The position numbers and the translations under genes are program-made. This document shows positions 51,861 to 64,000 of a stretch of 64,000 bases of DNA, one piece after another. The stretch's first letter is position 1, and every line of letters starts with the position of its first letter. The notes beneath the pieces were generated by a model that was not told the DNA's origin, searched no databases, and worked only from the letters and a program-made list of their open reading frames with translations. The DNA lies in NCBI RefSeq assembly GCF_026210795.1, contig NC_089433.1, forward strand, positions 124,001 to 188,000. The letters run 5' to 3'. The DNA is from Rhizophagus irregularis. Lineage: Eukaryota.

Positions 51861-54035
51861 GGGAAATGAAGATAATGAAACCTGTTCTCGGGAATAAAAG
51901 CGGAATGAAATTTCATAATACGCTGAATTCACGATGGTATTCCTCGTTATCATCATTTGCGAGTGATGGATGTTGAGATAAGATCCACACGAACTGGAAG
52001 TTTTCTCGAGTCTTGACGAATTTGACCGGTTAATTTGAACAATTATTTACAATTATTTCAAGAAATTAAAATCAAAAATACCTTTTATATACATGCTATA
52101 TACGAATCCTAATTCAAATGTGAGTGGATGAAAAATTTTAATTGAACATTATTATGGAATTTTGTTATATCTTTCCAATGGTATGTAAAAACTCTAAGAT
52201 TTGGTTATTTATTTATTTACTTACCTTTTAATACTTAGGTTCGTATTTTTTTTTTGTGAACTTTGTTACTATGTGAAAACTTTGAATTTTGAAGGAAGTA
52301 ACTAAAATCAACCTTACCTTTCGTAAAATTTTAAAATTTTATGAATATTTAAAATAATACGAAAGAATGATATGAATATGATTCATATGAAAATTATTAA
52401 TTATACATGTATTCTCAAATTATTAACTTTCGCATTATTTACTTATTTAAACGAACAAAAAGGAATCAGATTTACGCCTTACTATTTATTTATTGTATCA
52501 CTGCAATCTTGCATGAATAAACTGGCCGTACAAATTATAAATCATGATATAGTTTTGGCCGGTATGATTTAAATTTTTCACTTATTATACATTTTTATCA
52601 ATTTGGTCATACATTTCTGAGCTAATGTTTAACTAGTTAATACAGTTTTTTGATATCTAAAAATAAACGATATATATATTTGGCGGATCCCCAAATTTAG
52701 GTAACGTTGGCAAATTGTCGAAACTTTTTCGTCATTTCGATATCGATAACGAAGGAAAACCGTAATAGTAGCCGTAATGGTATATACATAAAATTTTCAT
52801 TTTCATTTTTTGTTGGTTGCAATTTTAATATCACAATTTAGTAATCGCAATTTTAATATCACAACTTTAACTTTATATCGCAATTTGGCAAAATTTAGTA
52901 TCCGCAATTTAATAAATTTAATATCCCAACTTAATATCCCAACTTAATATCGAAATTTAGTATCTTCAGGTATTATATTTTCAAAATTTGGGTGCAAACA
53001 CAATTAGTTTTGCAAATTATAATAAATTTTGATGAAAATTTGGGATATTATGAACTTTTTTGCTGGTTCACAGTTAAAAAAAGGTATTTCTTCTATTACG
53101 GTAATTACGCAAAACCACCAGATTAAAATGGCGTAATTAAATATCAGGCCATAGATGATAACCTTACTTTGAAAGGTAAAATATTTATTTTAAATCAATT
53201 TCCTTTTGGCGTTTTAATCATCAATTTTAAGAATCTTTATTTGGGTAAAAACTGTTAATCTATATAACCTAAATAGGATGAATTCTATTAATATAATTTG
53301 AAGGTATTTTTTTCTTCTTTTATTTATTTATATGAATTTTTGATGGACTATAGTTAATTAACGGTTAATGGATAATTTACGATAATTTACTTTACAAAAA
53401 AAATTCAAAAAAAAAAATTATCTTGACCAATCAAATAAAATTCAAACAAGTTGACCATCCAATTCAACAGGAAACTCCAAAACGAAAATCTCATATCAAT
53501 TGATCGAATAAAAGAATTGATTAACAAAAGAATTATAAATCGTTAATCGATTAACGAGAGGTTCAGACTTCAGACCAAGTATTATAGAAATTTACTAGTA
53601 GTGTATTATTATTTATACAATAAATATACTAAAAAATGATTACCATACAAAATTTCAAATTTCTTTAGGTGGCGATGAGAATTTGTACAAGAACAAAAAT
53701 CAACATACGAAAAACAAGAATACAACGACGAATAATTTAACGTTACTTTGTAGCGTCAAACACTTGTAGCGTCAAAACAACGTACGAAACTAGTAAACTA
53801 AGAATTACGAGAATGGGTCGTTACTCGTTAGACTAGGCTTCAATAGATCATACTGTGAATTATAGTGATGAATCAAACTCAATCATCATTGATTCAAATC
53901 AAATCTATCATAATAATAACTATAATGGCTCTTCAAACAATAATTTTTTATTTTTTGAATTAATTATTTAATCGAACCAGAATCCTTTTTCATTTCCTTC
54001 AATTTTTTGCCTGTTCAACAAAATATTCTTTAAAA

Positions 54036-54772
54036 ATGCATGATTATCAGGCTATTAAAGAAATTGAAAAATTCCTTGAGGAATTGGCAGATGCCGAAGA
54101 CGATTATATCGATGATTATGAATATGATTTTTTACCTGAAAAATATCTTGAACCACCAGATTCACCAATTGAAAGAATTGCAGTTGGAGTCATTAAAAAA
54201 CGTGTTTCCGGTTTCAATATTCCATTCATCGAACACCATGCTCTTATTGTTAAGACTCCTAATGGATTCATTTCTTTTCATTACGAACGTAATAAAAATA
54301 GACCAATTCTTAACCGATGTATTAATCTTAACGATTGGGAATTGACAAAGTTTTACACTCCTAAAGACGGGATTACTATGGCGGATTTATTTCAAAATGT
54401 TGGAAATTTTTGGATTTTTCCTAAATTCAGATTCGTTCAAAAAATTCTTTCGATTTTATTTGAACAAAGGTAAATTTTTTGATACACTTATTTTAATTAA
54501 TTGATTTGTGTAACGACTTTATTAACATGGGTATTTATTTCTTACTTAGGATCGTTAATATGTTGAGAAGAGAATGGGCAAAAATTTCTCTTGTTCGAAA
54601 AACTCTAGTAAAAATTAAACTAATAATTAACTCGGGAGTTGAGTGGATTATGACACATATAAAAAGAATGTTTTCGCGATTTTTGTATGTAATTTTTCTT
54701 ATTATTTTATTTATTATATTGTGGTTTCAATTATTAATTCAGCGAATAAAATTCTTTTTTTTCAGCCAGTAA
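54036..54772 (+). CDS. Hypothetical protein, 3 exons (54036-54469, 54550-54684, 54766-54772), ~191 aa
   Basis: AAAAATG start; introns GTAAAT..TAG and GTATGT..CAG join ORFs 54036 and 54506 in frame (..LFEQR|IVNMLRR..SRFFQ*). Confidence 0.7.
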
Positions 54773-55089
54773 AAGTCACACAGCATACACAACATATTAA
54801 ACGTTGAATGTTACTTTACATAGTATATCTGATATGCAAAAGTAATAAAGTTGATTGAATTTCTCAGTGTAATATGTTCTTTTCACATGATAATTTATTA
54901 ATTTCTTAATCTCGGAAATCTTTGTTAAAACAAGTATAACAAGTTTTATTACAGGATTTATGTGCACTTCATTGTCAAATTTATATATATATAATACCTA
55001 TTTTGTAACCAAATCCATTTGCTTCGCTTTTTAACTCTCGTTTTTTATTTTATTTTTTTCTTTTTTTTTCTGTTTTCAAACTTTAAAAA

Positions 55090-55924
55090 ATGGGAGCTTC
55101 TTATTCGACATGTGCAATTTGTGTAGAGTCTCGGTATACTTCAGAATTTAAAGCAGTTACAAAGAATTGTAAACATACGGCATTAACTTGTCAGACATGT
55201 GTTAATAGACACATTGAAGCTGAATTAAACAATAAAGGAAATTTGGAAATTATATGTTTAGTTGAATCGTGTAGACAAATTATGGATTATAGTGATATAG
55301 AAAATGTCGCAAGAAAAGAGGTAATGGTAAGATATGATAGAATGTTGGTTAATAGTGCATTGGGTGGAGATCCAAATTTTAGATGGTGTAAAAATTCTAA
55401 ATGTGGATCTGGTCAAATTCATAGTAGCGGACGTATGTCTTTTAAATTTTCTTTTCAATTATATGTCATGGTTATGTTTTTAACGATAATTTTTGATTTT
55501 CTAGACAATGAACCTATAATGAGATGCGAATCATGTGGTCAAAAATCTTGTTATACACACGATGTTCTTTGGCATACAGATTTAACGTGCACTCAATATG
55601 ACGATATTATTAAAAAAGCGGAAGAGGCAACTCAAGATTTACTTAATCGAGAAACTAAAGCTTGTCCTAAATGTGGTGTAAGAATCACTAAAAATGGTGG
55701 TTGTAACCATATGACTTGTAGAATTTCGACTTGTAAACATGAATTTTGTTGGTTGTAAGTATTTTTCTATCTTTTCTTTTTTTTTTTGGTAAAGAAAAAA
55801 AATTTAAATAACTGATAATTTGAAAATTCTTTTATTTTTTTTATCTAGGTGTTTGGCTGATTATAATGCGATTCGTAAAAATGGAAATAAATCTCATCGG
55901 AGAACTTGTCAATTTTATGCCTAA
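55090..55924 (+). CDS. RBR (RING1-IBR-RING2) E3 ubiquitin ligase, 222 aa, 3 exons (55090-55432, 55505-55754, 55849-55924)
   Basis: RING1 CAIC..CKH..CQTC..C; IBR FRWCKNSKC..CESC..SCYTH..WH..LTC; RING2 CPKC..ITKNGGCNHMTC..CKHEFCWLC with catalytic Cys/His; canonical introns. Confidence 0.93.
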
Positions 55925-56179
55925 AGAAATCCTGATTTCTGAGAAATTATATAAATTATGATGATTGTGATTGTTATAGGAATTTTTGATATATATATAT
56001 ATATATTTCTAATATCCTTTTGATATATTGTATATAAATATATATTTTATTTTGTTTCTTTTTTTTTATATATATATATATATATATATAATAAAGGAAA
56101 TATATTCGAATTACTAGGAGCTTTTATCATGTAATGATTTTTTTTTTTGTAATATTATCAATATTTTTATTTTCTTACC

Positions 56180-56320
56180 GTCCCAGCCCAACTCCCTATT
56201 GGAAGAGAATACTTTTTATTTAATACATTAATGAATCCAGTTTCTGAAAGTATTGTTCCAAGTTGCCTTGTAAGTTTAGGTTCAATTTTTTTTGCTTCAA
56301 ACATGTCAATCCAGAATTTC
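56180..56320 (-). pseudogene. Fragment resembling the C-terminal part of a fungal SAM-dependent methyltransferase
   Basis: Translates KFWIDMFEAKKIEPKLTRQLGTILSETGFINVLNKKYSLPIGSWAGT followed by a GTAAG donor; no other exons nearby. Confidence 0.5.
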
Positions 56321-58149
56321 ATTATCATTACATAATCCATGTAATGATTTTTTATTGTAATATATCAATATCATTACACAATCCATGTTCTTTATGAATA
56401 TACTACGACGTAAAAATTCCTTACTATCACGATCTCTCAAGTGTCAAATTCTATGGAAAACTGTATGTATTATTACCTTTGTGAACAATTCGAAAAAAAA
56501 ATCAAATCACGCCGCATTATTAATAAATACTGTAGAAAAAATTTCCAGAATTATATATAGTACATAAATTGATGAAGGTCGTTTTTTTTCAAAGGACATG
56601 ATTGATCCAAGTTAGATGTGATATTGATTATGAATTCTGGCAGTTCTAACAGTATATGAGATGTTATTTATTGTTTAAAATGAGTCGTGATGAATCAAGA
56701 GACTAATTCATTACTGGCAGTATATGTGTATTGTTTAAAGTGGGTTCATATATCAATTCATGATGCTAATTCATTGCTGGAAGATATGGCAATGGAAGCC
56801 ACGTGCTTTTAGTGATTTGGTTGGTTGATATCTTACCATGTGATATTAAAAAAAAAAAATATATAACATAATATAGGCCAGAATTATAGAGAATCATAAA
56901 TGTTCTTAAAATTGTTCTACACTTTTAGGAATCTTATTGTAGGTATGATAGCCAAGCAATTCATTCAGTTCGCAAATTCACAGTTTTCAATGGTTGTTTA
57001 AGCTACATAGATGAAAATTATGAAATCCTGCTTACTGGATTTGGTTGTAAAAGTTAAATTTGTCTATATGATTACGCTTTGGTGATATTCCTTGTGTTCG
57101 TTTCAAAGTGATCAAAATCTATCACATCTTGCTCTGTAAATCTTACAGTATTTACTTTTTCATTTATCATTTAACTTAATGATGGCCTTTAACTATAAAA
57201 TATTTTATAGATACAAAAAATCCTTGATAAGAAAATTCTCGATCTTAACGATTATGGATTTGAAATAATTGTAAGACAATCCTTTTGTTGATGCTTTAAT
57301 TTTGATTAAGATTTTTTAAGGTTCTAAAGTTAATTGAATTATAATTTTAAGAAATCATTTGTAAAAAAAAAATCCAATAAAGAAAATCTTAATGGCCAAA
57401 AAAATATTTTTGTAAAAATTTTTTTTATTTTTTTTTTTTAAAAAAAAATAAATATCATAAAATAATATGTTAATTTAATAATTTATGGGGGTGTTTATAT
57501 TAAATTAACGTCAATCTTGACGTTAACCAATATAAATACCACCGTACAATATCTATATTATCGTACGGCTAATGCGGATCATGCTATCGATATTGATATC
57601 AAATATTGTACGATAACGAAACACTTAATTTTAATTGAACCTTATCATATTGATTGTAAGCAAAGATAATTATACATGACGATTGGATTATTTTTTCTCC
57701 ACGAAAAAATAAGCAAGTTGAATCTTTAATCACTATGAATAATTTGTGCCACGAAAAAATAAGCAAGTTGAATCTTAATCACAATGAGGTTTTAGTGGGG
57801 TTGTTAAAGAATAGGATGTCAGCTAATGAAGAACCTGTGATTAAGAAGCGTCGTGTGGAAGAAAAAATCAAGAAAAATAATTTTTAAAATTGACATTGCA
57901 TTGAAACATCATTTATTATATATATATATGCAGATTTCTATAATGTGTCACGTGTAATTCCAATTTCTTATATTGCAAAAAATTTTATTTATTAGATTAT
58001 TAGGAAAGGGAACAGCGAGAACGCAACTTCCTAGGATTTTTTAATTGATAATTTCATCTATAGGAAATAATATACTATTTAATATATATAATTATTTGTA
58101 AACAAAGCTAATTTTTTTTTTATACAACAATTCAAATACAAAAACTACA

Positions 58150-58420
58150 ATATAAAGCTTAATATGTATTATGTTTCAATGGAGAAAGAAAAACCCTATG
58201 CATTATGGCAACATAACACCTATAAATGCCGCAAGACTTTCATATTCATCCATTTTTAGTCCATACCTTTTTAAAAAGTTCAAGAATTTCGCCTTCGATA
58301 TGATCTTGAGGCCTATAGATCCCGAGGGATAATTCATAGGGGTTCCTCCTTGATCACTCAATGTCTTTGTGATGGTTATAGAGAACGGCGTTTCTCGTTC
58401 TTGCGACTGAGCACATTTCT
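58150..58420 (-). pseudogene. Degenerate coding fragment, unknown product
   Basis: Frameshifted protein-like text (KCAQSQERETPF...ELSLGIYRP...KKVWTKNG...ESLAAFIGVM). Confidence 0.4.
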
Positions 58421-58625
58421 TTTATAAAAAAAAAAGTTATAAAAGTTAGCAATATGTGTAAATTTCTTTTTATTGGAAATAAAATAATATACAAATGATA
58501 ACACTTTTTTTGTTCTATTTCAGTCCTTACTTCATTTATTTTTTATCCGTATCGTCTTGTTGTTTCTTTTTACTTCTATCCATTTCATTTAGTCTTTGTA
58601 AAAGTTGATTATTAGTTACTCTTTA

Positions 58626-59674
58626 AATATGATGTGTTGGATGTTCAACAGTGTGAGTTGTTCAACAGTATGAGGTGTTGAAATAAAAAAATACAGTATG
58701 TGTTGATTCAGCAGCACGAGTGTCGCGCATTCCGCCCGCCCATCTTTTAATTGTATTTTCTGTTTTCTTTCCTCTCCGATTTTCTTCATCTTCCTCCTGA
58801 CTTCTTTTTCTCATGATGATAAATGATTTTTTTTTGTATTTTTTATTTTACTCCTTTTTTTTTGAAATTGTTGAACTAAAAAAAAAAGAATTTTTTTTTT
58901 GAATATGATGTGTTGGATGTTCAACAGTATGAGTTGTCCAACAGTATGGGAGGTGTTGAAATAAAAAAATACAGTATGTGGTTGGTTCAGCGCGCATTCT
59001 GCCCGCCCAACTTTTAATTGTATTTTCTGTTTCTTTCCTCTCCGATTTTCTTCATCTTCCTCCCCGATTTTTTCTCATGATGATAAATGATTTTTTTTTG
59101 TATTTTTTATTTTAAACTCCTTTTTTTTTGAAATTGTTGAACTAAAAAAAAAGAAGATTTTTTTTGAATATGATGTGTTGGATGTTCAACAGTGTGAGTT
59201 GTTCAACAGTATGAGGTGTTGAAATAAAAAAAATACAGTATGTGGTTGGTTCAGCAGTACGAGTGTCGCGCATTTCGCCCGCCCATCTTTTAATGTATTT
59301 TCTGTTTCTTTCCTCTCCGATTTTCTTCATCTTCCTCCCTGATTTTTTTTCTCATGATGATAAATGATTTTTTTTGTATTTTTTATTTTAAACTCCTTTT
59401 TTTTTTTGAAATTGTTGAACTAAAAAAAAGGCATTTTTTTTTTTGAATATGATGTGTTGGATGTTCAACAGTATGAGTTGTCAACAGTATGGGAGGTGTT
59501 GAAATAAAAAAATAGAGTATGTGGTTGATTCAGCAGTACGAGTGTCGCGCATTCCGCCCGCCCATCTTTCAATTGTATTTTCTGTTTTCTTTCCTCTCCG
59601 ATTTTCTTCATCTTCCCCGATTTTTTTTTATCACGATGATAAATGATTTTTTTCGTATTTTTTATTTTAAACTC
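58626..59674. repeat. Four tandem ~265-280 bp units
   Basis: Units begin AATATGATGTGTTGGATGTTCAACAG at 58626, 58902, 59167 and 59446; GC-rich core GCGCATTCCGCCCGCCC and a pyrimidine tract. Confidence 0.95.
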
Positions 59675-60099
59675 AAAAAAAGAAAAAAGTCCTTTTATAA
59701 ATAAACATTTTAATATTGTACGCAAAACCTGCAAAACCTTAATAAAACGCGCAACGCGCCAATCACGTGAACATGACGATTACCACTAGACTAGTAATTT
59801 TCCGGCACAAATCACTACTTTTTACTCGCAGACAGCTCTCAAAATTTTAGAAAATGGAGGTTAATGGCCGTGCCTTGCCTTCCTCAATGTTACCTAAGAA
59901 AAGTACAGTATTTATAGCATGTATAGCATGGTGGGCCTGTGTCAAAATACCGCTGTATTCGATAAAAAAGGTAACTGAGTGAGGCAAGAAAGAAAGAGGG
60001 CTAGGACGGAGGAATACCGTTTGAAAAAATAATTATGTAATATTAGCATAGAAATTTCACCTTCGGCATATCATGGGCTTGCTTATTGTTTTATATTGT

Positions 60100-61900
60100 A
60101 TTAATAAAGCGAGCCTCAGTTAGCGAAGCAAACCCATCCGAGCTTGAAGTATTGAAACAACGCATCGGTGAGCTTTGAGGAAAAGAATGCCGAGCCTGAA
60201 ACCGCAACCGCAATGGAATCATTCTCATTTTCGTCGGATCATACTTCATATGAATGTGATCTTACTTCATATGAATGTCAAGGATTCAGTTAATCCTAAG
60301 AAAAAATGAATTCACTAGAAGATTCAGTTAATCCTCAATTAGCAGCACTCAACAACAGAAAGAATATTCGTTTCAAATTTATTATCTCCAAGATATGGAT
60401 GTTCAATAGAAGTAATGAAACAGCGTAACATTGTGCTTGAAGATGAATTGCCAAGCTTAAAACAACCTCTCTGTTGAGCTTTTCGAAGTTAAATCCGAGA
60501 ATGCAAAGCTCAGGCAGGAACTCAGGAGCAGAATCGAAAAATAGAGCGATATTGATATCAAGAACGCCTGAGAGTGCAAACCTTATGGCAAGAGTTTCGA
60601 AATTGGAACAGGGTTGGTTCCTCGACAGTGAAAGTCCAGACATGGAACGATAAGGAAGCGATACCAGCTGATACCAAGTCATCGAAGGACCCTGATAGTG
60701 AAACTAATAATGATATGGAAATGGGGGGCTTTCTTGATCGAAAAGCATAAGAAAAAAGTTAATGATGAGATAAGGCAGAGGAAGCAGGAGAAAAAGCTTC
60801 GTGATCAGTTGTCGACAAGAGAGGTATCTTCAACTCCGTTATCCGATAATAATATGAGTAAGATTTCAGTCGGACCCCCTTGCCAAAATAGTCATAGGAA
60901 GAAAGGTGCAGAAATATCGTATAACTGATAGCTGATGGGATGATGTCCAATCCGGTACTCCTTACGATGAAATTTCAACCGAGGTCCCCCGCTAAAATTC
61001 TTCCACAGTTTCTTTAGCACAGTTATTCAATAAGCGACGGGTGCTGAGCATGGCGCAATCGTGCTATCCAGGAAGAGATTTACTCTGGTATTATTATGAA
61101 GAAGAATTCTTGAATCAGGATAGAGCAACTACACATAATAATAAAGGAGAAATCGGTGAAAAAAAAGCAAATGGAATGATCTATGATAAAATCTTGGAAG
61201 TTCTTCTATTTTTCGTAAAAAAGAGATCTGAAGAGACAGGATTGCGACTCCCAGAAGTCTAAGCTGTAAAGATATATAAACAAGTACATCACGTCATATA
61301 GTGTGAACTCTATTTCAGAGTTGACTAATAAGTGATCAAAGATAATTTCTCGGAGCATACCGATTATAGGTCTGAAATAGAAAAGATGCCAGGATCAGCT
61401 GGTTAAGCGAAGTAAATCCACCATCTACATCTCAGGACACTCCAGCTAAGGCAGAGGAGGATGACCCTTTTATTAAGATATTCGAATATCTTGAAGAAAG
61501 ACAGAACGAAACGTCATCAAGTGAAATTCTTGTCGTTTGCATTAGATTTCATAATTTACACGTACGACTCTAATATGTCAGATGATGATCGAAGAGAAGA
61601 GAATCGCTGATACTGTACTTTTTTAAAAAGGGATCGTACTTGGGCAACGTGTCTTCAAGAACGTCTTGGTTCAGCTAAACAATCTAGATCATCACCTTCA
61701 TCATTCAAATTTCGAAAGTTTCATCATTACGATGTTTGCAAAGATGGTTCATCCAAAGCTATTGCAAAAAAATAAAGGTACTGGTACAGACGTCTCCTTG
61801 AGTGTGTATTGCAAATAGAATTCTATGGGACATCAACCCAATGTTCTTCAACCATTTTTTGCTTCTGTGTATTTAGGAACAATATTTAGGTCAAAGGGAT
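60100..61900 (+). pseudogene. Heavily frameshifted coiled-coil hypothetical gene of a repetitive Glomeromycotina-type family
   Basis: Broken frames SELEVLKQRIGEL; SENAKLRQELRSRIEK; KKKVNDEIRQRKQEKKLRDQ; LLWYYYEEEFLNQ; KKANGMIYDKIL; KKRSEETGLRLPE; family assignment from recall, not a search. Confidence 0.6.
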
Positions 61901-62749
61901 ATCGAGATTTCTTCATAAACGATAAAAGAATGAGCTATTGAATTTTACGAGATGGAACTCAATGGAACTCAATTGACAGAATTTAAAAAACGTGGTCCTA
62001 TTTGCGAAAGAATGAGCAGTTATTGATATTTGAAATTTAGAATGAAATTACCAAGAGGAATAGGACACAAATGATTTATGTCATTTACATTGAAAACTTT
62101 AATTCTGTTCAGTTGATGTTTTCTGATGAGTTTATTCAATTGCTAGGTAAAGAAGAAAATTTGCTTAGATATAATTTGATTTTTCATGAATATTGATTAA
62201 AATGATCCATTATATAATATGACTAGGAATATTTTTATTACATTGTAGAATTCTTTATTCTTTTGTATAAATAAAAAATTGTGTGCAATTCAATTTTTGA
62301 TACCACAATTACATCCATAATTGCCCATTCGGGTGAAACTATAATGTTATTTTTGTAAAATAAGTGTCATATTAAGAACGCGAACCTTGCGAATCTCCGC
62401 GTGAAAAATTTCTATACCTCTTTGAGACGAGATAAAATCATCATAATTCATTTCACTTCGTCACGAAATAATTACATTAAATAGTATGGAATAGTGATCA
62501 TATGGGTCAGAGTTTAGTTTTACTATATAATCAATGAAAAATTAGGAATTTACTTAAATAATAATAAATGTATAAGTCTGCTAATGGGTTGTTTATTAAT
62601 TCATTTAAATAATATTATTAAAATGAAAATCAGGAAATTAATCCTATAATTCGTACATAATGCATTTGTACTAATTCTTCTAAAACTACGAAATATAATT
62701 ATCAACTTCCTTTCTTGATCCTAAAGCGATTTCTTTAAGAATTATATTA

Positions 62750-63990
62750 CAGTCGGGTGAAAGAGACGGTTGGAATATATTCTCACTTATTTGGAATTTT
62801 GAAGGGTCTGTTTGCAACAGTGATTTGGATAGTATATTTGGATAGTTATAAATATTGATGCTTTGATAATCTTGTTATAGTATATTCCTTGTTTAATCCT
62901 AATATCATCAATATTGTCGAATTTCTTCGAAAGTAGTATTGAAACAAAGCCTTCTTAAGCTTACCGAAGTCAATCTTTTAAATCTTGAATCTTTTCAATT
63001 AAACTTGCCTGAGTTCTTGTTGGTTAATTTGGCTCGTTAATGATCATTCTCCAATTTTAACTTAACAATTTTTAAATTATCTGCTTATTACATTTAGGAA
63101 TAGACGCTTTTTTAAATCTTCAAATGACACGGTCTCATTTGGTTGCTGACTCATTATTTACTTGAAAGTCCGTCCCCATTACAAATCATTGCATGCGACC
63201 ACAATTCAAACAACCTTCTCCAAATGGCTTTCGAAACTCTAGTGTTTCATAGTCGCGCATATGTAAGCAAATCAAACATTGAATTTGACATCACTACAGT
63301 TTCAGAAACGGGCCTCGAAGAACTGAATGTCCTTTGAATTCTCATTAAAATCGCGTAGATCTTCGAAATGAGATTATTAAATTTTTAAAAAATTCATCTT
63401 CCACGAATTTAGGTGCGAAGGATGAAATTCCATCAATTGACTATCATATTTGAGCCGCTTTGTTATAACAAATAAACAATACAACTCAGCTTACTGCTTT
63501 AGCATACTTTTCAAGTTGTTATCCAGACATGCGCCTTTGTCAATATTAAATTTTACTCTGTTATTAAGAATCAAAGAACCACCCTGTAACACCTCAGCAT
63601 AAATCAAACTTTTTCTTGATTGAATTTGGTACATTATGCACAAGTGCAGTTGACGGCGTATTGTCAGAATTTTACTATGATCATGATATTGAAATAGAGT
63701 TAATAATAGTACTCCACGCACCCAGACATAGTCCCCAACACCAAATATTGTTATTATTTCATCAAGTTCAGACATTATATAAATAATTAACATAAAAATA
63801 AAAAGGTACTTTTTAGAAAAACGAGAAAAACTTTCGGGTGGCTTAACCACTTGAGAAATTGAAGATCTATATGAGTATTAAGCGGTTCTATATAAACATA
63901 TTACTATTTCGTGATCTGCGGTCGAATGTCAATGGTTACTTTGTCATTGTGGTGATATTTTGTTAGGCTATTGATTAAATTTTGAATCTT
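62750..63990 (-). pseudogene. Degenerate coding relic, possibly Crinkler-like
   Basis: Coding-like composition with short broken ORFs (63491-63850 and neighbours); only a loose resemblance to CRN-type proteins. Confidence 0.3.
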
Positions 63991-64000
63991 CTCTCATCCG

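Noticed and set aside
45399..52572. Many short F/K/I/N-rich ORFs
   Set aside because: Composition reflects poly-A/T tracts; no recognisable domains or supporting exon structure
59745..59830. TAGACTAGT with nearby CGCG hairpin as a Helitron or Academ end
   Set aside because: No convincing hairpin at the expected spacing, no partner end and no Rep/helicase or transposase gene

Overview
Very AT-rich eukaryotic DNA with short GT-AG introns. Gene content (MATA-HMG factor, Plavaka transposase, typical repetitive coiled-coil families) points to an arbuscular mycorrhizal fungus (Glomeromycotina, Rhizophagus-like); this is inference, not a database result. The first ~31 kb is a nest of DNA transposons. 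Two broken hAT transposase genes are split by an 8-kb Plavaka/CACTA-type element, a 3.8-kb CACTA element and other insertions, and about a dozen MITEs lie in and around them, most with readable TIRs and target-site duplications (TSDs). From ~31 to 54 kb is a gene-poor stretch around one intact, intronless MATA-HMG gene. After it come an intact 3-exon hypothetical gene, an intact RBR E3 ligase and several pseudogene relics. The most unusual signal: three non-autonomous transposons with unrelated termini are filled with tandem arrays of roughly 110-120 bp units. Each unit is a consensus spliceosomal intron (GTAAGT ... ACTAAC/CTAAT ... polyY-YAG) plus a 34-40 nt apparently non-coding micro-exon. 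No CRISPR, rRNA or tRNA was recognised.
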